Shown in pieces: positions 1 to 7,767 of a DNA stretch of 32,000 bases (the first letter of the stretch is position 1; each line of letters starts with the position of its first letter). Origin of the DNA: Candidatus Saccharimonadota bacterium (lineage in GTDB: Archaea; Nanobdellota; Nanobdellia; Pacearchaeales; GW2011-AR1). The notes under the pieces were generated by a model that made no database searches, was not told the origin of the DNA, and saw only the letters and a list, made by a program, of their open reading frames with translations. The position numbers and the translations under genes are program-made. The stretch lies in assembly GCA_041659445.1 (NCBI GenBank), contig JBAZYG010000001.1, positions 240,001-272,000 on the forward strand, read 5' to 3'.

Positions 1-1
1 A

Positions 2-220
2 ATTTTAGTTGGAATTTTTTCATCTTTTAAAAGAGGAGTTCAAAATTCAATTGATGTTTCTAAAGACGCTGTTTTAAAAACTTCTTCTGAAAGTTCAGGA
101 ATAATTTCTCAAAATTCTCCTTTTTATATTTCTTCAACTTATCCTGCATGGATTTGGTTTTTGTCAGGAGCAGTAATTGTATTATTAATATTCTCAATTT
201 TAAATTGGAGAAAACTTTGA
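2..220 (+). CDS. 3' end of a CDS entering from upstream of the window; hypothetical protein with a C-terminal hydrophobic anchor
   Basis: Not in the supplied ORF track because it has no start in the window. Frame 2 is open from the window edge to TGA 218-220 (72 codons by hand translation, ending ...SPFYISSTYPAWIWFLSGAVIVLLIFSILNWRKL*). A hydrophobic stretch is followed by basic residues. The next gene starts 12 nt later behind a GGAGG. Confidence 0.4.
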   Translation: MLVGIFSSFKRGVQNSIDVSKDAVLKTSSESSGIISQNSPFYISSTYPAWIWFLSGAVIVLLIFSILNWRKL

Positions 221-231
221 AAGGAGGTAAA

Positions 232-966
232 ATGTCAAATAAAAACAATTCAATTGCAATAACTGCAATAATTTCTGGAGTTATTTTAGTGATAGCTTTG
301 GTTTTTGCTTTTTCAGGATTTGCTTCTGGAAAGAAAGTAGAAGTTCAAGGAACATCGACTGTTAATGCTGTTCCAGATTTAGTAAGCATTTATTTTAATG
401 TTGAAACAAAAGGTGCAACAGGAACAGAAGCACGAGACAAAAACGAAAACATCACAAACAATTTGAAAAATTCTTTAATAGATTTGGGATTTGATGAAGA
501 AAGAATTACTACTGAAAATTTGAATATATATGAAGAATATACTTGGGTTAATGATAAAAGAATTAGTCAAGGATATGTAGCAGTACATTCTTTGAAACTT
601 GAAATGTCTGTTGATGAATTTGATCAAATTGGAGGAGTAATTGATGCAGGTGTGAATTCTGGTGCAAATATTAATTATATAAATTTTGAATTAAGTACAG
701 AACTTCAAAATCAATATAAGGCCGAGGCTATGAAATTAGCTGCGCAAGATGCACGAATAAAAGCTGAATCAGTTGCGTCAGGGTTTAATAAAAAAGTAGG
801 AAGACTAGTCTCAGTTCAAGTTGTGGATTTTAATTATTATCCTTGGATAGCTTATTCAAATGATGTAGGAGCAAGTGCTGAGTCAGTTAAATCTTCTGTT
901 GCGTCTATAACACCTGAAGAAAGAGAAATAACTTCAACTGTTAACGCAGTATATAGAATAAGATAA
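232..966 (+). CDS. SIMPL/DUF541-family secreted or membrane-anchored protein
   Basis: The start is moved to ATG 232 (MSNKNNS...), preceded by AAAGGAGGT at 219-227. There is an N-terminal TM/signal segment (IAITAIISGVILVIALVFAF). The C-terminal half has the SIMPL-like pattern GYVAVHSLKLEMSV...GANINYINFELS...AEAMKLAAQDARIKAESVASG...GRLVSV. Confidence 0.8.
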   Translation: MSNKNNSIAITAIISGVILVIALVFAFSGFASGKKVEVQGTSTVNAVPDLVSIYFNVETKGATGTEARDKNENITNNLKNSLIDLGFDEERITTENLNIYEEYTWVNDKRISQGYVAVHSLKLEMSVDEFDQIGGVIDAGVNSGANINYINFELSTELQNQYKAEAMKLAAQDARIKAESVASGFNKKVGRLVSVQVVDFNYYPWIAYSNDVGASAESVKSSVASITPEEREITSTVNAVYRIR

Positions 967-1161
967 ATTCATTTTTCTTTTTTTATTATCTTATTTTTGT
1001 TATTTTAATTTAGAAAAATTTTTAATGAGAGAATTATTTAGTTAATTATGAAAATTAAAGTTTGTGCACTTATCAGATAGAATAATAAAATTTTAATATT
1101 AAAAAGAAGTAAGTTTGATTCTGATTAATCTTAAAAAAATTAAAAAAAATAAAAAATAAAA

Positions 1162-1908
1162 TTATTTTAGTGCTTGAAGGATTTGGGTTTTTGATGCTGA
1201 AACTTGTTGTCCATTCACGAAGAATGAGGGAGTTCCAGAAACAAATTGAGATGCAACACTTGCTACTTCTTGAACATCTGAAAGAGTTTCATCATTATCT
1301 AGACAATTGTTAAACTTATTTGTATCTAGTCCTTGAATATTTGAAGCCATTTGTTTTAAGTTTTCTTTTGAAAACTTTCCATTGTTTTCTTTTCCGTCGT
1401 GGGCACTAAAAATTAAATCATGCATTTCCCAAAATTTTCCTTGTTGGTTTGCACAAAGTCCTGCTTCTGCAGCATAAACTGATTCTTGTCCTAAGAAACT
1501 CATTGGAACATAAATAAATCTTAATTCTCCTGCCTTGGCTTTTTCTTGAAGCATTTCTGAACTACCGAACAACTCGCTATATTGTGTTTCATATTGTTTT
1601 GCAAAATCTGGAAGTCCAGACGATATTGCACAATAAGGACATTGGAAATCTGAAAATTCAATAACTACATTTTCACTATTTTTGGGTCCAATTGAGGGGT
1701 AAATTTCAGAATTTTCTAAAAACACATTCATATTGACTTCTTCAACAACTTCATTATTTATATTTTCAATAGATTTGTTTGTGATGTTTGCACGAACTAA
1801 GAAAATTACTAAAATTATAACAGCAATCGCTAAAATAAAAGTAGCATATTTCCACAAACTTCTTTTTTCTATATTTATTGAATCTTTACTTTTTTTTGTT
1901 TCGTCCAT
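1162..1908 (-). CDS. Membrane-anchored DsbA-family thiol:disulfide oxidoreductase (thioredoxin fold)
   Basis: There is an N-terminal TM helix (WKYATFILAIAVIILVIFLV) and a CPYC active site in FSDFQCPYCA, with DsbA-like context. AGGAGG lies 5-10 nt upstream of the ATG (complement of 1914-1919). Confidence 0.8.
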   Translation of the reverse strand: MDETKKSKDSINIEKRSLWKYATFILAIAVIILVIFLVRANITNKSIENINNEVVEEVNMNVFLENSEIYPSIGPKNSENVVIEFSDFQCPYCAISSGLPDFAKQYETQYSELFGSSEMLQEKAKAGELRFIYVPMSFLGQESVYAAEAGLCANQQGKFWEMHDLIFSAHDGKENNGKFSKENLKQMASNIQGLDTNKFNNCLDNDETLSDVQEVASVASQFVSGTPSFFVNGQQVSASKTQILQALK

Positions 1909-2004
1909 TTTTTCCTCCTTTCATTTGTATGAAAATAAATAATATTTTTTATTTATGTTTTAAATTTTTTTGATATTATATTTGCTTTGGAGAAACTAGT
2001 TTCA

Positions 2005-3261
2005 CTAGTAAATTTCATTCCTGCTTAAATCTTCTAATTTTCCTTTTTCTCGAATTACTTTTACTTTTCCCTTATCCAATAAAGCAACTTTTGAATTTAA
2101 TCTTCCACCATATTCATTTTCCATTGAAGCTACAGTGTAAGCAGTAGCATTTCTAACTCCGATAATATCATTGACTTCGGGTTTTCCTATAAATGAATCT
2201 TTAGATAGTTCAACATGTTCACAATCATTTCCTTTTATTATTATATGTTTATTTATTCCAGAATGTTTTGTTATATTATGAAAATGATGTTCTGCATTAT
2301 ACATTACTATTCTTATTAATTGAGGAATTCCAGAATCTACAATTATTTGAGGTCTTTGATCAGGATTTTTTTTGATTGACATTACTTTTGTTAAGAGCAA
2401 GCCATCTCCGACATACCATCTTCCGTCTTCAAAAATTAATAATGGTTTTTTGTTAACTTTTTTAGAATATTCAAACATTTTTTCATCAATTTCTTTTCCA
2501 AAAGATTTTATGTCTAAGTCTTTTGCGTTTGGGTTATAGGAAATTCCTTTTCCTCCACCACCACTTATTTCATTTATAGCAATTCCATTTTTTTCAAAAT
2601 CTAAAGATAGATTCAATAAAGTATCAAAACAACGCAAATATTTTCCAGGATATTTATAATTTGATCCAATGTGCATTTCAAGTGAATCTAAATTTATTTT
2701 TAAGTCTTTAATTTTTTTGAAAATAGATTCTGTTTGAGTATAATAAATGCCAAATTCACTTTCTGGACCAGAGGTTATTGTGTGGTGGGGGTCTTCTCCG
2801 TCGCCATCTCCAGGATTTATTCTTATTCCTATTGGAAAATTTTTTGAAACTTCTGAGTTTTTAATTAAGAAATGCAATCTATCAATGTCTTCAAAAGAAT
2901 CCAAGTAAGGTTTTATTTTCTTATTTATTGCAAATTTTAAAAATTCTTCATCTTGTCCATTTTGGGTTGTTCTCATATTTTGTGGAAAACATTTAGATTT
3001 TAAACCTAAATACATTTCTCCAATAGAACCTGCTTGAATTCCTATTCCATTTTGAATTAATAACTCTTGAATTGAAATTAATCTGTTTGCTTTATTAGCA
3101 TATAAAAATAAAATATTTGGATAAGAAAAGGCATTTTTCATTTTATTTATTCTATTAAGAATTTGAGATTTACTCATTACAAATAAAGGTGTTCCGTGTT
3201 CTCTTGCTAAATTTTCTAAGTTAACTTCTTCTAAAATGTATCCTGATTTTGTTTTTTTCAT
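2005..3261 (-). CDS. PLP-dependent Orn/DAP/Arg decarboxylase family protein (group IV, alanine-racemase fold)
   Basis: Motifs seen are YANKAN (PLP lysine), MHIGSNY, SGGGGKG, EDGRWYVG (EPGR-like) and GNDCEH (active-site Cys region). Substrate cannot be assigned from sequence alone. Confidence 0.8.
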   Translation of the reverse strand: MKKTKSGYILEEVNLENLAREHGTPLFVMSKSQILNRINKMKNAFSYPNILFLYANKANRLISIQELLIQNGIGIQAGSIGEMYLGLKSKCFPQNMRTTQNGQDEEFLKFAINKKIKPYLDSFEDIDRLHFLIKNSEVSKNFPIGIRINPGDGDGEDPHHTITSGPESEFGIYYTQTESIFKKIKDLKINLDSLEMHIGSNYKYPGKYLRCFDTLLNLSLDFEKNGIAINEISGGGGKGISYNPNAKDLDIKSFGKEIDEKMFEYSKKVNKKPLLIFEDGRWYVGDGLLLTKVMSIKKNPDQRPQIIVDSGIPQLIRIVMYNAEHHFHNITKHSGINKHIIIKGNDCEHVELSKDSFIGKPEVNDIIGVRNATAYTVASMENEYGGRLNSKVALLDKGKVKVIREKGKLEDLSRNEIY

Positions 3262-3296
3262 TTTTTAATTTTAATAAAAGGATTTTATAAACTTAT

Positions 3297-3779
3297 TTAT
3301 TCTTTTTTTAATAAAATAATATTATTCATGCCCCTTCTTTTTCTAATAATTAAATCTTTTGATTCAAGTTTATCTAAAAGTCTTGTTGTTTTTACTTTCC
3401 CAATTTCTAATTTTTCCATTAATTCTCTTTGAAAAACTCCACCTTGTTCTTTTTGAAGAAATTCAATCACTTTTTTTTCATCTTTTTCTAAGTTTGATAA
3501 GTCAATTTTTTTCAATTTTGATTTCTCTTTTATTTTTTTAATAATTGTTTTTTCTTCTGGTTTTGAAAGCATAATAAATAAACCTATTATTAAAATAATC
3601 ATTACAATTGCAATACTTATCCAAGTTTGAATTGCTATAGTTTCAAACATAGAACATTCTGGGCCATGAGTACAAGTATCTCCGACAATTTTTTTAAGTC
3701 CTAAATTAAAAATTAAAACAATTAAAGACATAACAATTGAAATTCCTATAATAATCCATCCAACTTTTTTATTTTCCAT
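3297..3779 (-). CDS. Membrane-tethered winged-helix (MarR-like) protein
   Basis: Two N-terminal TM helices flank a loop carrying CTHGPEC. The C-terminal part is wHTH-like (VIEFLQKEQGGVFQRELMEKLEIGKVKTTRLLDKLESKDLIIRKRRG). Its start codon abuts the stop of the upstream ferredoxin gene (3779/3780). Confidence 0.6.
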   Translation of the reverse strand: MENKKVGWIIIGISIVMSLIVLIFNLGLKKIVGDTCTHGPECSMFETIAIQTWISIAIVMIILIIGLFIMLSKPEEKTIIKKIKEKSKLKKIDLSNLEKDEKKVIEFLQKEQGGVFQRELMEKLEIGKVKTTRLLDKLESKDLIIRKRRGMNNIILLKKE

Positions 3780-4031
3780 TTATTCTATTTCAACATCTCC
3801 ATTCTTTATTTTACATTGACAAGCAAGCCTTATATTTTTATTCATTCCCATGATTTTTTCATTTTTCGTTAAAGGACTTAAATTTTTCTCTCCTTTTTTA
3901 AGATTAATTACACAAATACCGCATGTTCCTTGATGACATGAAAAAGGAATTCCTAATTCTTCTGATGCTTTATCAATCAAAGAATTTTTTTTTAATTTTA
4001 TAATTTTATTTTGTCTTTTTAAACTAGGCAT
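3780..4031 (-). CDS. Small plant-type 2Fe-2S ferredoxin
   Basis: Cys pattern C-x4-C-x2-C ... C is present (SCHQGTCGICV ... LACQC), in 83 aa. Confidence 0.7.
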   Translation of the reverse strand: MPSLKRQNKIIKLKKNSLIDKASEELGIPFSCHQGTCGICVINLKKGEKNLSPLTKNEKIMGMNKNIRLACQCKIKNGDVEIE

Positions 4032-4087
4032 TTTTAAATTATTTTCTCAAGTTTAAATGTCCTTTTTTATTTGAGATGAATTAAAAT

Positions 4088-4107
4088 ATATGAAAAATAA
4101 TTCATAT
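4088..4107. promoter_or_regulatory. Perfect inverted repeat ATATGAA-N6-TTCATAT; candidate operator (or stem-loop) between iscU and the ferredoxin gene
   Basis: The plus strand reads atatgaa aaataa ttcatat. It shares an identical 18-nt string (atatgaaaaataattcat) with the site at 7050-7067. A further ATGAA half-site lies at 4076-4080. Confidence 0.45.
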
Positions 4108-4117
4108 TTAAATGTTT

Positions 4118-4510
4118 CTATTTTTTGTTTTGTTCTCTGTAATCTTTAATTGCTTTATTTAATGCTTGAATTGCCATTATTGAACAATGTACTTTAATTT
4201 GAGGAAGTCCTTTGAGAGCATTTTTTACATCATTCATTGTTAGTTTTTCTGCTTCTTTCAATGTTTTTCCTTTTGCAATTTGTGTTAGCATTGAAGTTGA
4301 TGCAATTGCCGCAGCACAACCAAATGTTTTGAATTTTATTTTTTTAATTTTCTGAGATTTTTTATCAATTTTTAAATACATTTCCATTATGTCTCCGCAA
4401 ATAGGATTTCCAACTTTTCCGATTGCATCTGGATTTTTTATTTCTCCAAATCCTTTTGGTTTTAGAAAATTTTGCATAACTTTTCTTGAGTAATCTGATA
4501 ATGATACCAT
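4118..4510 (-). CDS. iscU: IscU/NifU-type Fe-S cluster assembly scaffold
   Basis: The three scaffold cysteines sit in canonical contexts: GNPICGD, FGCAAAIASTS and VHCSIMA. Confidence 0.85.
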   Translation of the reverse strand: MVSLSDYSRKVMQNFLKPKGFGEIKNPDAIGKVGNPICGDIMEMYLKIDKKSQKIKKIKFKTFGCAAAIASTSMLTQIAKGKTLKEAEKLTMNDVKNALKGLPQIKVHCSIMAIQALNKAIKDYREQNKK

Positions 4511-4511
4511 T

Positions 4512-4748
4512 TTATTTATTCAATTTTTTAATTAATTCATTTATTTGTTTTTTTGTCATTCCGTGAGCAAGGCAACCTTGTTCAATAGTTTCAAAATTAG
4601 CCATTGAACATCCAACACAACCTAAACCATATTCAAATAATATTTCAAAAGCTTCTGGTTTTTTGTTTAAAATTTCAATTATATTTGTTTTTTCAGTTAT
4701 TACATATTTTTTGTTTTCTTTTTTCTTAACTACTTTTTTCTTTTTCAT
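4512..4748 (-). CDS. DUF1858 / hybrid-cluster-protein-associated redox disulfide domain protein
   Basis: The sequence EILNKKPEAFEILFEYGLGCVGCSMANFETIEQGCLAHGM matches the family pattern (YGxxCxGC...E.....HG) well. A 4-nt overlap links it to the upstream gene. Confidence 0.75.
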   Translation of the reverse strand: MKKKKVVKKKENKKYVITEKTNIIEILNKKPEAFEILFEYGLGCVGCSMANFETIEQGCLAHGMTKKQINELIKKLNK

Positions 4749-5146
4749 TTTTCCAATTCTTTGACTAAATCCTCGACTTTAACTTTTATTTTTTTTATTG
4801 TTTTATAACAATTTTCCAAATTATTATTTAAAACATCTGGAATTTTCCAATTAATAACTTTTTTTATATAATCTTTATTATTAAAAATTTTTATAGGAAT
4901 ATCATTTGCAACAATGATTATCAAATCTTGTTTTTTTAAAAATGGAATTGTTAAATTTTTAGGCTTAGATATTGGATTTACATTTTCTTTTTTCATAGCT
5001 ATTATTTGATTTGGTGAATTCTTTCCTCCGGAAAATAAGCCCCCACTTGAAATTTTAATTTTAGGATTTTTATTTATTTGTTTAAAATAGGTTTCAGCTA
5101 CTCGACTTCGAAATACATTATGTTTACAAACGAAAATTATATTCAT
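4745..5146 (-). CDS. Low-molecular-weight phosphotyrosine phosphatase / ArsC-like family protein
   Basis: An N-terminal P-loop C-x5-R-S is present (IIFVCKHNVFRSRVAE), in 133 aa. The second and third cysteines of thioredoxin-coupled ArsC are absent. Confidence 0.7.
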   Translation of the reverse strand: MNIIFVCKHNVFRSRVAETYFKQINKNPKIKISSGGLFSGGKNSPNQIIAMKKENVNPISKPKNLTIPFLKKQDLIIIVANDIPIKIFNNKDYIKKVINWKIPDVLNNNLENCYKTIKKIKVKVEDLVKELEK

Positions 5147-6300
5147 TTTACTAAAGGGCTTAACCTCCTTAATTTTTTTACAATTTCTTGAAGTTTTTCT
5201 AGAGTATAATCCATTTCTTTTTCTGTTGTGTATTTGCTTAAACTAATTCTTATGGACGAATTTGCTCTTAGAGGTCTTAGGTTTAATGCTTTTAATACAT
5301 GGCTTGTTTCGAGAGTATTTGACATGCAAGCAGAGCCTGTTGATACGAAAATTCCTGCATTTTCAAGATAACCTCCAATTGATTCTCCTTCTATATTATT
5401 AAAAGAAATATTTATATTATTTGCAAGCCTTAAATTTCCAGTTGGACCGTTCAAGTTTGTATCTGGAATTGAATTTAAAATTCCATTAATTAATTTATCT
5501 CTAAGTTTTTGCATATTTTTTATATTTTTTGAATTTGAAATTTCAACTGCTTTGGCAAATCCAACAATGTTTGGAATATTTTCTGTTCCACTTCTTTTTC
5601 CTTTTTCGTGTCCTCCTCCATGAAGTAAATAAGTTATATCTATTCCTTCTTTGATATATAGTGCACCAATTCCTTTTGGCCCGTGGATTTTATGGGAGTT
5701 TATTGTAACTAAATCTAAATTTTGTTTTTTGACATCTATTGGAACTTTAGTGAAACTTTGACAAGCATCAGTATGAAATAAAACTTTTTTTTCTTTACAG
5801 ATTTTTCCTATTTCTTCTATATTTTGAATTACACCAATTTCATTATTTCCATGTATCACTGAAACTAAAAATGTTTCTTTTGTTATTGTTTTTTTTAATT
5901 CGTCGATATTGATAAATCCTTGTTCATTTACATTTAGATAAGTTATTTTTGCTCCTTGATTTTCTAATCTTTCACATGGTTTTAAAATTGAATCATGCTC
6001 TATTTTTGTTGTGATCAAATGATTTTTTCCAGTGTTTTCTTTTTGATTTTTCCAGAACAAACCTTTCAATGCCCAGTTATTTGATTCTGTGCCTCCAGAT
6101 GTAAAATAAATTTCAGAAGGTTTTGCATTTATTGATTTTGCAATAATTTTTCTTGCTTTTTCCAACGCAGTTTTTGCTTCGCTTCCCATTAAATGCATTG
6201 AAGATGCATTTCCATATTTTTCATTAAAATAAGGAAGCATTTCTTTCAAAACTTTTTCATCAACTTTTGTTGTTGCTGCATTGTCGAGGTATATTTTCAT
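5143..6300 (-). CDS. nifS: Cysteine desulfurase (NifS/IscS class)
   Basis: The PLP-lysine motif SHKIHGPKGIGALY and the catalytic Cys loop STGSACMS are present. The N-terminus IYLDNAATT is typical. Confidence 0.9.
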   Translation of the reverse strand: MKIYLDNAATTKVDEKVLKEMLPYFNEKYGNASSMHLMGSEAKTALEKARKIIAKSINAKPSEIYFTSGGTESNNWALKGLFWKNQKENTGKNHLITTKIEHDSILKPCERLENQGAKITYLNVNEQGFINIDELKKTITKETFLVSVIHGNNEIGVIQNIEEIGKICKEKKVLFHTDACQSFTKVPIDVKKQNLDLVTINSHKIHGPKGIGALYIKEGIDITYLLHGGGHEKGKRSGTENIPNIVGFAKAVEISNSKNIKNMQKLRDKLINGILNSIPDTNLNGPTGNLRLANNINISFNNIEGESIGGYLENAGIFVSTGSACMSNTLETSHVLKALNLRPLRANSSIRISLSKYTTEKEMDYTLEKLQEIVKKLRRLSPLVK

Positions 6301-6758
6301 TTTAAAAGTCCTTCTTTTTGTAAAATTTCTTTATGATTATAAGCCAAATTTATTTTTTTTATTTCTGAAGGTTTAAACCATTTTATTTCAGAAGTTTCAT
6401 TAAGTGGTTTTGGTTCACCTTTTATTATTTTTGCATAATAAACTATATTAATTGAATGTAAGGAGCATTCTTTTTTTGGAGGATTTTCATAAATAATCTT
6501 AGATTTTTTTACAATTTTTATGTCAACTCCTAATTCTTCTTTAACTTCTCTTATTGCAGTTTTTTCAGATAATTCATTATAATCAATTATTCCTCCAGGT
6601 AATCCCCAAAATTCAGGATAAGTTATCATATTTTTTGTTCTTTTTCCGAGAAGAATTTCTTTTTTTGAATTTTGAATAATGACTGGAACCCCTCCAATAG
6701 CAAATTTAAATTGTAAAATATTAAATAAAGGTTTGGCTAAAAAATATTTTATGTTCAT
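6297..6758 (-). CDS. NUDIX hydrolase
   Basis: A Nudix box is present: GLPGGIIDYNELSEKTAIREVKEELGV. Confidence 0.8.
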   Translation of the reverse strand: MNIKYFLAKPLFNILQFKFAIGGVPVIIQNSKKEILLGKRTKNMITYPEFWGLPGGIIDYNELSEKTAIREVKEELGVDIKIVKKSKIIYENPPKKECSLHSINIVYYAKIIKGEPKPLNETSEIKWFKPSEIKKINLAYNHKEILQKEGLLK

Positions 6759-7051
6759 TTTAAATTACATCCTTTGCAAAAAACGTTTCTATGATTATCA
6801 ATTATATTCAAAATCGGAATTATTGTTTTTTTATTTAAAGAATAAATTCTAAATTTTCCTTTTTGCTCTTCTTGAACAATATTGCAGTGTTTTAAAGACG
6901 ATAATGCATGTGAAAGTTTGCTTTGTTCAATTTTTAATTTTTTTGATAATTGCATTACAGAACTTGATTTTTCTTTTAACGCAGTTATTATTTCAATTTT
7001 TAGTGGATTTGATAAACTTCCAAAAAAAACATGATAAGCATTACATTTCAT
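6755..7051 (-). CDS. ArsR/SmtB-family winged-helix transcriptional regulator
   Basis: The protein is 98 aa, with the pattern LSNPLKIEIITALKEKSSSVMQLSKKLKIEQSKLSHALSSLKHCNIVQEEQKGKFRIYSL. It is the first cistron of the Fe-S operon. Confidence 0.7.
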   Translation of the reverse strand: MKCNAYHVFFGSLSNPLKIEIITALKEKSSSVMQLSKKLKIEQSKLSHALSSLKHCNIVQEEQKGKFRIYSLNKKTIIPILNIIDNHRNVFCKGCNLK

Positions 7052-7069
7052 ATGAAAAATAATTCATGG
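7050..7069. promoter_or_regulatory. Inverted repeat ATATGAA-N6-TTCAT between the TATA box and the ATG of the ArsR-family gene; candidate auto-operator
   Basis: The plus strand reads atatgaa aaataa ttcatgg, directly abutting the start codon (complement of 7049-7051). It carries the same 18-nt string as 4088-4105. Confidence 0.5.
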
Positions 7070-7071
7070 GG

Positions 7072-7079
7072 ATTTTTAA
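7072..7079 (-). promoter_or_regulatory. TATA-like box (TTAAAAAT on the minus strand) for the ArsR/Fe-S operon
   Basis: It lies about 25 nt upstream of the ATG at 7051, consistent with a leaderless or near-leaderless transcript. Confidence 0.45.
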
Positions 7080-7200
7080 GAGTTTTGGTTTATGTTAAGT
7101 TCTTGTTTCATCAAAAGAGTTTTAGCAATACATCAAGTAAAAAGAATAAAGGGTTTGATGTCGTTAATAGTATCTACATAGTAGTAACATAATAGAAACA

Positions 7201-7208
7201 TTTATAAA
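7201..7208 (+). promoter_or_regulatory. TATA box TTTATAAA of island ORF 1
   Basis: Its first T is exactly 30 nt before ATG 7231, the same spacing as the two units below. TAGTAAC lies upstream at 7182-7188. Confidence 0.55.
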
Positions 7209-7230
7209 GATGCACTTTTTAATGATTGGT

Positions 7231-7647
7231 ATGGCAGATACATTAGATAAAATTGTGACATTTTTCCGAGTAAGCCCTGCACAACAAGTGATAGCTTTAG
7301 GAATGTCAACACCTGCAACAGTATTATCTACTTATAGTGCTATTGAAAATTATTCTCAAGGAAATATAGGTGCAGGGGTTACAAATACGCTTATAGCATT
7401 GGCAAATATTGGGTGTTTTTTATTTAATGAGTATTTGGCAATCGGAAAAATGCAAGAATATAGAAAAGTAAAAAGTGCATTAGATGATCATGGCTGGGAT
7501 GAAAGAATTATTGAGCCAAAATCTCATTCATGGTGTCAAAGAAATATGGCTCAAGTAGCATCAGAAGATTCTGGTTTTGGGAACGAAGCAAGAGAATATT
7601 TGAAAGACAAAGGATATAAACGGTATAATTTCATCCCATACCTTTAG
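7231..7647 (+). CDS. Orphan protein, island ORF 1 (hydrophobic N-terminal half, polar C-terminal half)
   Basis: The ORF is open from 7210, but TTTATAAA at 7201-7208 leaves no room for ATG 7210 or 7222. ATG 7231 gives the same 30-nt TATA-to-ATG spacing as the other two units. There are two hydrophobic segments (VIALGMSTPATVLSTYSAI and GVTNTLIALANIGCFLF). I recognise no family. Confidence 0.5.
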   Translation: MADTLDKIVTFFRVSPAQQVIALGMSTPATVLSTYSAIENYSQGNIGAGVTNTLIALANIGCFLFNEYLAIGKMQEYRKVKSALDDHGWDERIIEPKSHSWCQRNMAQVASEDSGFGNEAREYLKDKGYKRYNFIPYL

Positions 7648-7762
7648 ACCTCAAACTCCTTCTAAATTTAGCTAATTTTTTATTGAAACTAATCACTGTT
7701 AAACGAGGGTGAACCGAAGGGAAATTTCAGAGTTTTTGAGTTGTTTATAGTTTAAGAATTGT
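7648..7762 (+). repeat. Post-ORF conserved element, copy 1 (core 7660-7714)
   Basis: Core sequence: ttctaaatttagctaattttttattgaaactaatcactgttaaacgagggtgaac. It contains overlapping palindromes CTAAATTTAG and TTAGCTAA, a T6 run (7676-7681, terminator-like), then CTGTTAAACGAG-N-GTGAAC. The core matches copy 2 at 49 of 55 positions by hand alignment, and weaker similarity continues to about 7762. Confidence 0.8.
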
Positions 7763-7767
7763 TCAAA

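Noticed and set aside
1920-1933. TTCAT-TTGT-ATGAA palindrome upstream of the DsbA-like gene, considered as a third copy of the ArsR-type operator.
   Set aside because: The half-sites are in the opposite (everted) orientation with 4-nt rather than 6-nt spacing. A 5-bp AT-rich palindrome is expected by chance at this composition. It remains possible but is not supported.
2005-3261. Naming the PLP decarboxylase lysA (diaminopimelate decarboxylase).
   Set aside because: Only family-level motifs are visible. Orn, Arg, DAP and carboxynorspermidine decarboxylases share them, and no lysine-biosynthesis neighbours are present.
4745-7051. Interpreting the ArsR regulator plus the LMW-PTP/ArsC-like protein as an arsenic-resistance (ars) operon.
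   Set aside because: There is no arsenite efflux pump (ArsB/Acr3) or ArsA. The PTP-like protein lacks the two extra cysteines of thioredoxin-coupled ArsC. The genes are embedded between NifS and IscU, so an Fe-S context is more parsimonious.
7210-7230. ATG 7210 (the track start) and ATG 7222 as the start of island ORF 1.
   Set aside because: TTTATAAA ends at 7208, so a transcript initiated about 25-30 nt downstream would exclude both. ATG 7231 reproduces the exact 30-nt spacing seen for the other two units. This is promoter inference only and is unproven.
7660-7714. Reading the 55-bp post-ORF element as a canonical integron attC site, with GTTAAAC as the R' core (GTTRRRY).
   Set aside because: I could not find a matching R'' inverse core (RYYYAAC, for example GTTTAAC) within about 100 bp upstream in any copy. 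I also could not find the paired L''/L' arms, and no IntI-like integrase is in the window. The cassette-like logic remains a finding, but a classical attC call is not supported without a covariance-model scan.
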